63,225 bases of DNA, filler included, from Folioceros fuciformis (GCA_049999805.1; 48 parts of 48 records of this genome joined end to end with filler, not necessarily neighbours in it), one strand, 5' to 3'. Shown: positions 36,742 through 50,017, counted from the first letter of the whole stretch. The notes: generated by a model from the letters alone, not told the origin. Numbers and translations: made by a program.

Positions 36742-37128
36742 NNNNNNNNNNNNNNNNNNNNNNNNNNNNNNNNNNNNNNNNNNNNTTAATTAATTAANNN
36801 NNNNNNNNNNNNNNNNNNNNNNNNNNNNNNNNNNNNNNNNNAATGTGATTAGTCTAAGATTAGTGTCTAATTAAGTATCATTAGTTTAGATTAGCTTAAG
36901 CTAATCTTTAGGAAGCTTCTTGCATAGCTTCCTGTGAGCTTGTTGTGAAGCTTGTTGTGAGCTTGTTGTGAAGCTTCCTTGGGAGCTTTTCTAGAGGGTA
37001 TAAATACCCTCTTGAGCTCCCTTTGCAACAGAGTTGTGAGAGACACTGTGAGACCTCTCTTTCTCCTCTCCTCCTCTCTTCCTCTCCTCTCCTCTTCTCC
37101 TTCATGTGGCTCCCTTTCCGATCCTTCA

Positions 37129-37887
37129 GGATGTCCTCAAGTCACACCCACCTTGGGTGTGTCGTGCTTCAAGAGGTCTTGCTCCTTAACATATGAACTT
37201 AACCCTACACTTCTCTGAACACTCATATATATTATATACATAGCATGCATTCATGTGTATATGGGGTGGCTAGCCCCTATATGATATATGCGTATACTCT
37301 TGTTAACAGTGCACATGGATGCCTCCCCTTGAGTGCTTCCTCTCCGTCGTGCACACCAAGGCTACTGGTCATCCTGCCACTCTTTGGTGGTTTGTTACAC
37401 ACGAGATCAACAAAAGAAATAGTTGTCCTCTACCTCGCTGCGACACCTTCACTCCCCCCCTTAATCTGCTGACCATCTTTCGTTGGTAAGACAGATTAAC
37501 AAACTTTTCATCAACATACATACATGCTGAACATATTGCCCCTCATGATGTGTCAACCGCTACACACATTGGACAAAACCATTGCCCATCTAGCACTGCT
37601 TCTAGTGGAGGCTAAAACAAAAAGTATGCCACCCACCATTGCACCTATCACACAACAACATGCAATGATCACCTCCAGAATCTCCACAACTTGTACAAGC
37701 AAATCCCTTCCTCGGCACAAAAGCTTGCACATCAATTATCGAATTCAAATGAGGTAAATGACATGGTGCACAATTTTTCATGTGTTCCAAACAAGTTGTA
37801 CCATCCTTTCCCTCCAACTCCACAATTCCATTCAACTTCACACTTCTCACCCTTAATATTATCCTACTCGCACTTGTATCAATTGTT
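37129..37887 (-). mobile_element. 3' end of a gypsy-type element: pol tail with a PHD finger (frameshifted), PPT at about 37452-37462 and 3' LTR
   Basis: EHMKNCAPCHLP, CTSC..MLLCDRCNGGWHTFC and shifted PPLEAVLDGQWFCPMC, then AAGGGGGGGAG-TG. Confidence 0.75.
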
Positions 37888-37987
37888 NNNNNNNNNNNNN
37901 NNNNNNNNNNNNNNNNNNNNNNNNNNNNNNNTTAATTAATTAANNNNNNNNNNNNNNNNNNNNNNNNNNNNNNNNNNNNNNNNNNNN

Positions 37988-39033
37988 TTCTCCTCTCCTC
38001 TCCTTCACCATGCTCCTCTAGCGATCCTTTCAAGTGGTATCAGAGCAGGTTTGGAGCAAGAAGGGTGATGGTGCACAAGGCCTAGGAATGAAGGTAGTAT
38101 CGGAGTGAAGTGGGAGCCCGGGGTGCGACCTAGGAGGGGGCGACACGAAGCCTCAGGACGCCCAGGCTGTGGAGCGCCGAAAGGTGGACGATCCCGGCCG
38201 CAGGGCACTTCCAGCCCACGGGGTGCGGGCACAGCAAGCCCGTAGGGCGCCGCGGCGGCACTAGGAGGGTACTGCTAGGCCTCGATCCCGACGTGGGTGG
38301 GCCATTAGGCCCCGAGGCGGGCCTCTAGGTGCTCGGCCAGGCCCGTGCGCCAAGCAACTAGGACGCCGTGGGCGCCCAGGGCGCGAGGCTAGGCGCCAGC
38401 AGACCCCCCCGGCCGCCCCATTCAGGGCGCCGGACCCCTCAAGAGGGAGCACCAGATCCCCATTGGGGGCGTCAGGCCCCCGGCCAGCCCCGTAGGTGGG
38501 GGCTCCAGGCCCCGGTGGGGCCGCCAACCCCGCAGCGCCCCCAGTGGAGGCCCGGCGCCCCTTGGGGCCCCCGGCCGAAACGGGCACCAGCCCGTCAGCG
38601 TGGCGGCCAACGCTGCAGGGGTGAGGGCTAGCCAGCCCGTTGCAAGCGCGGGTGCGGGGACTCTAGCCCGACCGCCGGCTCAGGAGCCGGACGGCGTGGC
38701 ACAGGGCGCCGCCAAGGCACGGGCCAGCCGGCGAGTGCCAGTCCCGGTCCTTTAACGCCAGCGGCGCCGATAGGTGCTCGTCGCGGTCGACGAACGCCAG
38801 TCCCACGAACGAGGGAGCCTATGAAGCCGCATCACGGGGTATGGTCGTATGTGGGAGTCGCTAACGCCAGGTACTGGATTGCAAGTGTCGGAGCATTAAC
38901 GTTGAGGGCAAAAATAGGAGCTAGTTGGGATCCCGGCCACAAGGCAGAATCGGATCTCAACGGAGGATTTAGGCTCGACGTGTCATCCTAAATTGTGGAC
39001 AGAAGAATCAAAACGAGGGTAACAAAATCTACA
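37988..39033 (+). mobile_element. Short-LTR family 5' LTR end, iMet PBS (38035-38046) and GC-rich leader
   Basis: TTTCA-AG-TGGTATCAGAGC. Confidence 0.8.
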
Positions 39034-39239
39034 NNNNNNNNNNNNNNNNNNNNNNNNNNNNNNNNNNNNNNNNNNNNTTAATTAATTAANNNNNNNNNNN
39101 NNNNNNNNNNNNNNNNNNNNNNNNNNNNNNNNNCGCTCCTTCGTGGGAACGAAACCCAATGTCTCAACGACAGTGGGATAAGTGTGGCCGCTAAAGGTGG
39201 AACCCGTTGGCAATCAGTGCCCGGGGTTTTGCCTCCACA

Positions 39240-40143
39240 CCTGCTTAGCTAGGTCAATGCCCTAGCCACCTGGTCCAACACGTCCGCTTGTGCCTATACC
39301 ACGGCTGAGGTTAGTTCTGGCAGACTCATCTCCAGCGACCCCATCGGAGCCATTCCCCTCTAGGTTGTCCGCCTTCCCAGCAGCGCTCATAACTTCTCCA
39401 GCTCCTCTGTTTGCAGCCTATCCCCTTGAGGGATTTTTCTAAAAACATCCTCCCATTCTGGAAAAACTTCCTGTTCCAGAACGTACCCTAATTCACCCTT
39501 CTCCTCAGAAGGGGCCACTTCCATCTCCGGCATCTGCTCCTTGGGAGCGCCTGGTTCTTCTCCGCCCGGCTCCTACTTCGACGGCTCTTGGTCTACTGGC
39601 GCCTTGGCTACGGGTTCCTGAGTAGCCTCCTGCTCCTGCCTAGCCTACTCTAGGGCTGCCTCCTATGGTGCTGCTCCACTTCCTCTTCTGGCAATCTGGC
39701 CGCTGGCCCTTCTTTTCTTGGCGGGAGTCTTCTTCCCTACCCCAGCCTTTCTCTTCTGCCTGGTGGAAGTCTCCTCCTCCAAACTGTCCACACCATCCGA
39801 GTCCTAGCTGCTGGAGTCGGGTCCCACTGAATGGGCAGGCTTCCACTTCACCTCCCTTATCGGTCTCCACATATGCAATGAGGCCATGACTTCTAGTTTA
39901 GACACAAGATTAGCGTAGCAGTAGATGTGAACTAGGAAGGGGGAGATCATTGAGGGTCGGGGAGAGGACAAAGTCAGATTTTGCCTCTCCTCATCCATCC
40001 TAGCATACAGGATTTTCTCCCAATCCACCTTGCTCCCTTTTACGACTTCATGCATAAACATGAGCATCTCATCAGACAGATAATCTTGCTTACAAACCTG
40101 CAAAAAGCACAGGAACCACCTGGCCAGACCCATCAGCTGGGGG
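39240..40143 (-). mobile_element. Extra (env-like) ORF, degenerate copy
   Basis: GLARWFLCFLQVCKQDYLSDEMLMFMHEVVKGSKVDWEKILYARMDEERQNL. Confidence 0.75.
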
Positions 40144-40243
40144 NNNNNNNNNNNNNNNNNNNNNNNNNNNNNNNNNNNNNNNNNNNNTTAATTAATTAAN
40201 NNNNNNNNNNNNNNNNNNNNNNNNNNNNNNNNNNNNNNNNNNN

Positions 40244-41471
40244 CTGCTAACCACTCCCACTGCAAAGGCAATGTCAGGACGTGGGGGCTCCCCACAATCC
40301 GTCAGCATGACATAATCATGAGATGCAACATACCTAACAGGAGGACGTGAGATCCTTCCTGACCTACGAAGCACTAGCGCCTCGACAGAAGCTGGTTGCA
40401 CTCTCTCCTCTTCAAGGGGAGGAACTTGTTCCTGCACATCACAACGTTCAACCTACGCAGGACGGTCAAATCCATGTTCTTGAAAAACCACCCGTCGCAC
40501 CTCCACAGTTGGAGTAGGCTTCTTGTGCATCTTGGTCTCATTGAAGAACACGTCATTGCTGCGAACCATCCTCTTGGCCTCTTGATCCCATAGACAATCT
40601 CACTAGATTCACCATAGCCAAGAAAAATACATTTTTCTTGACTTAGGAGCCAATTTGTCCCGAAACTCCTTCGGAACATGATAGTACGCCTCGCAGCCAA
40701 ACACTCGGAGATGCTTGTATGACGGCCTCTTTCCATACCACATCTCCTCTGGAACCTGTTCATCCACAGCCCTATTAGGAGATCTATTAATAAGATGCAC
40801 TGCAGTAACCACTGCTTCTACCCAAAATCCGTTAGGCAATCCAAAGTTTGACAACAAACTACGCATCCTCTCCTGGATAGTCCTGTTCATCCGTTCAGCC
40901 ACACCATTCTGGGGAGGAGTATACGGCGCAGTCAATTCTCTCTTGATTCCCTTGGAATCACAGAATGATTGGAAAGCCTTTGAAACATACTCTTCCCCAT
41001 TGTCTGTCCTTAGATATTTCAATCGCAGGCGAGACTGATTCTCCACAAGGGTGACGAACTTCTGAAACACTGTCAGAACATCATCCTTTTTCCTCAAAGG
41101 ATAAACCCACACGTTGCGTGAGAAACCATCAATGAAAGTGACAAAATAGGATGCATCGCCTAACGATAGAGTGGGCATAGGTTCACAAACATCACTCTGA
41201 ACCAGCTCAAGAGGTTTACTTTTCTGTTTACCTCTTGCTCCATGTGATGACTTCGTTTGTTTCCCATACAAACAGTGCTCACACACGAAGAAATCGGAGA
41301 AGTCAAAAGAAGGGACGTAACCAAAACGAGATAAGATCTTCATTCCTTTTTGAGACATATGTCCTAACCGACTATCCCACAAGGAAACACTTGGCTGTTC
41401 CGTTACACAAATCACATGATCCTTGACAGTGGTTACTTGAAGTGAGTACAAAGTGCCACACTTCGATCCAC
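40244..41471 (-). mobile_element. Ty1/copia integrase, frameshifted, with most of RT missing
   Basis: LELVQSDVC, FVTFIDG, LRTDNGEEY, TPPQNGVAERMNRT; DCGEP is joined directly to RPDIAFAVGVVS. Confidence 0.95.
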
Positions 41472-42148
41472 NNNNNNNNNNNNNNNNNNNNNNNNNNNNN
41501 NNNNNNNNNNNNNNNTTAATTAATTAANNNNNNNNNNNNNNNNNNNNNNNNNNNNNNNNNNNNNNNNNNNNGGACAGTGATAGCCCGCAGCTCTCCCTCT
41601 CGACCTTCCGCATCGTCCCTACCCTGAACTTCCAGAGAACCGTCATGAGACACGACCTTGAATGACTTCAACATCTCTTTGCCATCAGCTCTCGCCATCC
41701 AGACCGCCCTATCTAGATCTAATGCTTCGTCACGATCATTGTCCTCCTCTGAATTGATTCCCCTACTATCCATGGAATAAGCGTACGACCCTTTCTCTCC
41801 TATGGTAGGTTGCTGCCTTACGAGCTGTTGCACCTTTTCCTCTAATCCCTCGTGCAACCACAAAAAAATGAACCTTACGTGCCAGGCCCCTAAGCCAAAA
41901 TTGATAAGAATCATACACAAGCTCAAACAATGTGTGTTGCATTGATTCATAATAGAAAGTACATGCCTTTATGTAGGCAAGGTAGTTATACCCATAAGAT
42001 GGTTGTAACCATAAGGTAGTTTTAACAACTAACTACCTAAATAACTAAATAAAAGGAACTACTTAGTGCCCTAGAATTAATGAATATTTAATTCTAGATA
42101 CCCTAGTGAATAGTGCCCTATTAGGTATATATTTTATCACTCCCACTC

Positions 42149-42474
42149 ACTATGAATTGGGGTGAGATTAAGCTAGAAAAATAAGCTAAGTCTGCTTAAG
42201 GATTTCCTGAACTACTATGAATTGGGGTGAGATTAAGCTAGGAAAATAAGCTAAGTCTGCTTAAGGATTTCCTGAACTACTATGAATTGGGGTGAGATTA
42301 AGCTAGGAAAATAAGCTAAGTCTGCTTAAGGATTTCCTGAACTACTATGAATTGGGGTGAGATTAAGCTAGGAAAATAAGCTAAGTCTGCTTAAGGATTT
42401 CCTGAACTACTATGAATTGGGGTGAGATTAAGCTAGGAAAATAAGCTAAGTCTGCTTAAGGATTTCTTGAACTA
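42149..42474. repeat. Five near-perfect 65-bp tandem repeats next to a probable PPT/LTR start (minus strand, about 42139)
   Basis: TATGAATTGGGGTGAG begins at 42151, 42216, 42281, 42346 and 42411. Confidence 0.92.
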
Positions 42475-44013
42475 GAAAACTAAGGAGCTAAAGGAAAATC
42501 CAACTTAAGTTTGTAAGTGGTTTATAATAAAGGGAGAAAATTCGGATATTTAACTTATATGTAATCCTCCAAATACGGGATATTGCAACAGTAATGATAT
42601 TGCAGTAGTTGCATTGCCTTCTCATACAACTGCAGGTGAGCACTATGGTAGGAGCGTCACACAAGAAGCATGTCGGGCCATCTCCATTCAGATTTCCCAA
42701 CAGTCTGTGGCNNNNNNNNNNNNNNNNNNNNNNNNNNNNNNNNNNNNNNNNNNNNTTAATTAATTAANNNNNNNNNNNNNNNNNNNNNNNNNNNNNNNNN
42801 NNNNNNNNNNNGACAAGTTCTTTATCTCTAATCACAAACCCTCTTTCCTTGCACACATGCCTCCACTCTTTGTCTGACAATTGTAACCTCTCTTCCCTTG
42901 TTTCTACCTCTACAGATGTTTTGTGTCTTTTATCAATGTCCCCATTAAGATCTTCGTTTCCAACTTCTCCCTCTATCTCTCTACCTAAAACACTCGCCCT
43001 ATGCGAATTTCCTCCTTCCTCATCCAACGCACTGCCTGAAATATAACTCCCCCCCAGACTCTTAGTGTTTACCCCTTTACTCTCATCTTTGACTGCTCAA
43101 CCTTTTTCTTACATCCTCTATCTGAACTTTTATCCTCCATTACTCTCTTTTCACCTCTCCCAACTTTTACAGTGTCTGCTTCACTTCTCGACCTAGGCAG
43201 CACACCAGCTTGCTTAACACTCGCCCGCGTCACTCTGACACCTTTGATCACAGGTCTTCTCATGTTTAAAAGTTAAGCACCAGTTCAAAAAAAAATTGTC
43301 ACGCCAAAGTATGATAACTTTTACAACTAATCAAGTCTTACATTGGTTTATCTCCAAACCAGCATGGATACAGAGTGGAATACACTAGCTCAAAAACTGG
43401 ACGCTTGGTGGCATTCCGCACTAAGTTCACTTCCCCTCTTTTCTCTCTAAGCACGTCACTAAACTTTTCACATCTAAAAAGTGTCGCCCAAGCACTATCA
43501 AATCATCACAGAATGCTTCAAGCTGACTCCAACTACTTGGTTGTGAACACCCTATTATGAGTCGCCGCAAACTTTGCTGTCTTCTTTCCTTTTGCTCTTC
43601 TTCCTTCTTACAAAGCTCTCGATGCTCCTTCGAAATTCGCTCACCCAACTCCTTTTCCTCTTCTGATTTCTCCAAAGTGCTCTTCTTTAGTTCACTCCCC
43701 TCACCTAATTGAGTTCCTCCTGCACAACTTTTGCCATTCTTACAACAACACAGACTCACCAGATCTACACAGCCAAATGGCAAGTTCCAGTTATCATTTC
43801 CAAAGATAAAAACTTGTACACGCATGCAAAANNNNNNNNNNNNNNNNNNNNNNNNNNNNNNNNNNNNNNNNNNNNTTAATTAATTAANNNNNNNNNNNNN
43901 NNNNNNNNNNNNNNNNNNNNNNNNNNNNNNNCCTAAAGATTAGCTTAAGCTAATCTAAACTAATGATACTTAATTAGACACTAATCTTAGACTAATCATA
44001 TTAGCTAGACGCG

Positions 44014-44931
44014 GTGTTGGAAAAAGGGATGAAGGATCTGCTGGCGGAATTCATCGATGTATTTGCCTTCGACGTCACCAACATGAAGGGGATACCTAAG
44101 GAGTGGGGGGAGCACAAGATTGAGTTGGAGTTGGGAGCAGTGCCAGTCAGGATCCCTCAGTACAAACTAAATCCGAAGTACTCACTGAAGGTGAAGGAAC
44201 AACTAGAATTGTACCTCAGGGCGGACATTATTTATCCCATCGTCACCTCGGAATGGGTAGCGCCCATAGTCGTGGTACCTAAGAAGCAACAAGGCAAAAT
44301 CAGAGTGTGCCAAGACTGGAGGAGATTGAATAAGGAAACCCAGAAGGACCATTTCCCGCTGCCATTCATTGACAATATTCTGGACTTAGTTGCAGGACGG
44401 ATGATGTACTCCTTCTTGGATGGATACTCGGGCTACAACCAGCTACATCTCCGGGAAAGCGACTAGCCGCTGACCACATTCACTACCGACTAGGGAACGT
44501 ATGCCTACAAGCACAGTGCTTTTGGTTTGACGGGAGCGCCAGGGTCTTTCATGAGAGCAATCGTTACAATTTTTAAAGACTTCCTCTGCGACTTCATGGA
44601 AGTTTTCTTGGACGACTTCTGTGTATTCAGGACAAAGGAGGATCATCTGCAACATCTGAGGAAATGCCTGGAGAGGTGTAGGGAGGCTAAGTTGTGTCTG
44701 CATCCGGAGAAGTGCTATTTTGGGATGACGGAAGGCATTTTGCTGGGACATAGGATTTCAGCAAGAGGGATCGAGGTTGACCCAGACAAAGTGAAGATTA
44801 TTGCAGCCCTCCAACCGCTAACGACATTGAAAGAGTTGAGGGGATTCTTGGGCATGGTGGGCTACTACCGAAGGTTTATTAAAAACTTTGCCAAGAGAGC
44901 TGCCCCCTTGACCAACCTGCTAAGGAAGGAC
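44014..44931 (+). mobile_element. Ty3/gypsy (Athila-like) RT, pseudogenised
   Basis: Homologous to 33305-34464; EVFLDDF; TAG stops at 44464 and 44491. Confidence 0.95.
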
Positions 44932-45031
44932 NNNNNNNNNNNNNNNNNNNNNNNNNNNNNNNNNNNNNNNNNNNNTTAATTAATTAANNNNNNNNNNNNN
45001 NNNNNNNNNNNNNNNNNNNNNNNNNNNNNNN

Positions 45032-46125
45032 CCCCCATGGCTGATTTCTCCCTTTCCTCCCCGCTCCTCCTTCTCCATCGCGCTTCCTCCCTCCCTTGTT
45101 TAATGTTATAGGGATCGTATACGGTCAGTATACGTACACCCTCTTGTATTTATACGGTTTAGATACGTATTTAATATGTATTGATACATAAACCACATAC
45201 ATATCCCCGTATTTTTTTCCTAATTTCCCCTTTTCTATTTTCATCCCTATTTTTTGGATTTAAATCCATAAATTCCAATTCAACTCTGTATCACCTGCTT
45301 TCTTTTCCTCCTAGTTCGGGGCCTATTCCAGCACCCCAGGGTTAGTCTTCCATGGCCGAGGAACCATTTTGGCTGGAAGCTGATTCCGTTGAATAAGCTA
45401 CCGTTTTCAGGCTACGTTTCGGCTGCTGATCCCATTGCTTTCCACCTCCTCTCTATCTTTCCCACTACTCATACTCCTCCCCTGGAGGCTGGCTCAGCCA
45501 CCAAGGGTGAATAGTTGTAGGAGAAGACTTAGCGGGCAGCCATCCAGCAAGGAAGAGGCGGCGCCCGTAGATCTTTGAAGATCAGACATCCTCTGAAGTC
45601 TCTGGATAGTCTAAGAGGTGGTAGATCCTTGTGGTGGTAGGGCCAGCTCATTGGTGGCAGGATGTGCTAGAAGTCTAAATAAGTGGCTGGTGATAGCCGG
45701 TTAGGCTAGTGGTCCTGTTAAAATAATATTTGTTAAGATAGAGAGGTGAAGTCAGAGAGAGAGAGAGGCTCCTATAAGATCAGGTGAGCCTGTAGGAGGA
45801 GGTAGTCATTCACTTTGGGAGTTAGTCTGTCACTTTAGGAGCTCTTGGAGGTACTCTCTTCACGAGCTCTTGTGGTCTGTCCCTCCTTGGTTTAGGACCT
45901 GCAGTGTGTTCTCGGTTGTGCAATGTCTGGTAGGATCGCAAGCCGCGTGTTGCCGGCTGTACAGTGTCTTGTAGAATCACAATGTGTAATGACCAGGATG
46001 AAGGGGCTTGCCCCTAGCTCGTGATTGTAAAGGATGTGTCTTTCTCTCGACCTGTTTACTCTTGTTCCCTGTTTGGACAAGTGCTGTAGGCCGGCCATGT
46101 GTCATGGCGTCTGGTAAGGTTGTGG
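45032..46125. mobile_element. High-copy non-coding repeat, probably the body of the long LTR
   Basis: Reverse-complement homologues at 48870-49750, 54961-55967 and 59240-59395. Confidence 0.7.
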
Positions 46126-46225
46126 NNNNNNNNNNNNNNNNNNNNNNNNNNNNNNNNNNNNNNNNNNNNTTAATTAATTAANNNNNNNNNNNNNNNNNNN
46201 NNNNNNNNNNNNNNNNNNNNNNNNN

Positions 46226-47506
46226 CTTGGCTAGGTCCCCTTTTATACACAAGCTCAAGTCACTAACTTAGCAACTACTTACTTAAGCACTTACTTAAGC
46301 CTTAAGCTATTATTCACTACCACACTTTTTCCTAGGGCTGCATGCTTCTCATGCTCTTAGTAACCTGCTCTGCTAAACATGCCTCTGCATGGAGCTTACT
46401 TGCTTGGCACTCAAACCAGCATTGTTACTTCCTCCCCCACTAGGAAAGAATCACTGCCCTTAGTGATAACCAGTGTAATGAGCAATCATCCAGGAGCCTC
46501 TCTGGATATCCTCTAATGTCCTCTAATGTTACCCAAACTGGTGTTGAGATCCCACGCAACTTTACCATATATTGTGGTAGAGTTCCACGTCTCGTAGCCA
46601 CGCTACCTTCTGCAAGGAATTCCTCAACCTCTCGCAGTCCTTGATCATGCTACACCAAGATATTGTACTTCTTCCTATCCATATCCTCTTTCTCTTTGCC
46701 TAGCACAAATGGTTTCAACATAGATACATGAAACACATTGTGTGCAAAAATCCAATCAGGCAAGTCCAACTTGTAAGCCACTTCTCCAATGCGCTTCTAG
46801 ACAACATATGGACCTCCATACTTTGGTCTCAACTTTAAAGACAATCCTTGGGGTAGTATGAAATGCTTCAGTTTCACCCAAACTTTATCCCCAACATTGA
46901 AGACAGTTTCTCTCCTGTGCTTATCAGCATATCTCTTTTGACGTGCTTGAGCCTTGGCTAATATCGTTTGGGCAACCTCATGCTTAGCCTTCAATTGCTC
47001 AACAAATTGGCGTGGATCTCTAGTGGTAGTGTCGAAAACTTCAGCATTTAGCATGGATACCACATCCAAAGCTGAATCTCCACTCATCTCAAAGGGACTA
47101 CATCCCAAGGAGCTATGTACTGTGTTATTGTAACAAAACTCCGCATCATCAAGATGATCAGCCCAATCTCTCTGATCAATCTGCACATAGTGCCTCAAAT
47201 ATTCTTCTTGGATTCGGTTGACTCCTCAGTTAATCCATCAGTATCTAGATGGTATGCAGTACTCATGCATAGCTGCACATTCAAGCTCTTCATCAAGTGC
47301 TGCCAGAACTCTCCTGTGAATCTTGGATCTCTATCGTTCACAATCTGCACGGGCAAGCCATGATACTTGTGCACATACTTTTTGAACAAGTTTGCTGCCT
47401 CAGAAGCGGTCACTCGCTTCTTGGTGGGGATGAAGTGTGCTTGTCTGGTGAATCTATCCACCACTGTCATGATAGCTGTAAATCCATTACTGGGAGGCAA
47501 GGGCAT
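46226..47506 (-). mobile_element. Chromovirus-type gypsy 3' end: integrase, divergent chromodomain, PPT (about 46428-46440) and LTR
   Basis: VVDRFTRQAHFIP, DRDPRFTGEFW, KLRPKYGGPY, HNVFHVSMLKPF, EVEEFL..YMVKLRG..WVT. Confidence 0.92.
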
Positions 47507-47606
47507 NNNNNNNNNNNNNNNNNNNNNNNNNNNNNNNNNNNNNNNNNNNNTTAATTAATTAANNNNNNNNNNNNNNNNNNNNNNNNNNNNNNNNNNNNNN
47601 NNNNNN

Positions 47607-47680
47607 GGGTAGGGAACCTACCTACGAGAGGAGGGGTAGGGAACCTACCTACGAGAGGAGGGGTAGGGAACCTACCTACA
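47607..47680. repeat. 27-bp tandem repeat (GGGTAGGGAACCTACCTACGAGAGGAG)
   Basis: About three units visible. Confidence 0.85.
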
Positions 47681-48737
47681 AAGGGGACATCCTCACCCTA
47701 CGTAGGGAAGGAACCTCAAGTTGAAGAACAAGTGGATCCCTTCCCTACCAAACCTGTAGGTGGTGGTGAAGGGATATCCCAAGAGATCCACACAGAGGAA
47801 GGAAGAGTGGAAGTTCGTAGATCCAAAAGAAGACAAATCCCAATAATGGAGGGGGGCCCAGTAGCTCAACCTTCAGACTCTACCTCCCTTCAGGAGCAGT
47901 CCTAGCCACACCTTTTTGGAGAGAGGGCCAACGAATCTTCTATGGCAGCGCCGACAGTCCTAATCTTTAACGGCGCGCACTACCCTAGCAATTATTGGTA
48001 GGACTTAGCCTCTTGGTAGGTGTACACAGTTAAAGTTGGTGGTGCCTAGTGTGAGAGAAGGTAGCCCACCACCTACATGTAGGAGAGAGTTCATGTGTCG
48101 ATCTCTCCTATAAGGAGGGGCTACACAAAGAAATGAACTACCACATTCTGCACTCTTCTCATGGTGAGTTCTCATGCTCAGCGGAGCATAGGAATCTCGT
48201 TGCCGACTGTGTGTCATCATAGCGCCTGGTTGTGGCTAGAGTTGCAGTGGTCAAAGTGCTTGGCGGAGGGCTCATATTCTTCCATGGGCACCCCTGCAAG
48301 TTGCTTCCCTTGTGAAAGGTTGTTGTGCAGTTGTAGGTGTGTGGCAATATCTGTGTGATTGTTGGCTTGAGGGTAGACTCCAGGGAAAGACTCCCTGGAA
48401 GTTCTCGCTAATAGGCACAAGCACGCAACAACTAGACCAAGGAAAAACTTGTTGGCTGTTTTTTGGATTGTAAATGTTTCGTGACGAGTAGTAAACCAAC
48501 TTTTGTAAGCCTGCGTGGGCATCCTAGCAGAAGGGGGAGCTGCGAGTCCCCTTTCTATTGCCGATCACAAAGGTGCTAGTGGTGTCTGGTTGGGAGTGTT
48601 GAACATAGGGAAACGAGCAGTTGGATCGTGTGGAAGGNNNNNNNNNNNNNNNNNNNNNNNNNNNNNNNNNNNNNNNNNNNNTTAATTAATTAANNNNNNN
48701 NNNNNNNNNNNNNNNNNNNNNNNNNNNNNNNNNNNNN

Positions 48738-49750
48738 ACTTCCAGGTTCAATATGGGATAATCTACACTATCCTAAGTTCACTAATAACTAGAACTAGTC
48801 TAGTATGAACCCAACTGGGATAACTAACACCACATGAGTTTAGCTCATATAGAGCTCGATAACTCAATACGGCCTACAGCACTTGTCCAAATAGGGAACA
48901 AGATTGGACAAGTCGAGAGAAAGACACATCCTTTACAATCAAGAGCTAGGGGTAAGCTCCTTCACCCTGGTCATTACACCTTGTGATCCTACCAGACACT
49001 GTACAACCGGCAACATGCGGCTTGGGATCCTACCAGACGTTGCACAGCCGGCAACACACTGCAGGTCCTAAACCAAGCAGGGACAGACCACAAGAGCTCA
49101 TGAAGAGAGTACCTTCAAGAGCTCACGAAGTGACAGATTGACTCCCAAAGTGAATGACTCCCTCCTCCTACAGGCTCACTTGATTTTATAGGAGCCTCTC
49201 TCTCTCTGACTTCACCTCTCTCTAACTTGACAAATATTATTTTAATAGGACCACTAGCCTAGCCGGTTGTCACCAGCCACTTATTTAGACTTCTAGAACA
49301 TCCTGCCTCCAATAAGCTGGCCCTACCACCACAAGGAGCTACCACCTCTTAGACTATCTTGAGACTTCGGAGGATGTCTGATCTTCAAAGATCTGCGAAT
49401 GCCGCCTCTTCCTTGCTGGATGGCCGCTCGCTAAGTCTTCCCCTACAACTGTTCACCCTTAGTGGCTAAGTCAGCCTCTAGGGGAGAAGTATGAGTAGTG
49501 GGAAAGATAGAGAGGAGGTAAGAAGCAATGGGATTAGTAGCCGGAACCTGGCCTGAAAACGGTAGCTTATTCAGCGGAATCAGCTTCCAGGCGAAATGGC
49601 TCCTCGGCCATGGAAGACTGACCTTGGGGTGCTGGAATAGGCCCCGAACTAGGAGGAGAAGAAAGCAAGTGAAACATAGTTGAATTGGAATTTCTAGAAT
49701 TAAATCCAGAAAAATAGGGGTAAAAATAGAAAAGGAGAAATTAGGAAAAT
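48738..49750. mobile_element. Probable long-LTR body copy
   Basis: Homologous to 45032-46125 (reverse complement) and 54961-55967. Confidence 0.7.
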
Positions 49751-50017
49751 NNNNNNNNNNNNNNNNNNNNNNNNNNNNNNNNNNNNNNNNNNNNTTAATT
49801 AATTAANNNNNNNNNNNNNNNNNNNNNNNNNNNNNNNNNNNNNNNNNNNNGCGGCTAGGGCTAGCCGCGATTCAGCGCCCTCTACGCCTGTGCCCCGTTT
49901 GCACCGGCGCTCCGAGCGTCCCATGCTCCTCCTAAATGTCGCACATGGTCCAGTTCACTCCGATGCTGCCATTACGCCAAAGCCTCAGCGCACCATCACC
50001 CTTGCTCCATACCCCAA

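Noticed and set aside
42149-42474. CRISPR array
   Set aside because: Head-to-tail identical units with no unique spacers
42812-43831. Lys/Glu-rich minus-strand ORFs, possibly TE-derived
   Set aside because: No diagnostic motif recognised
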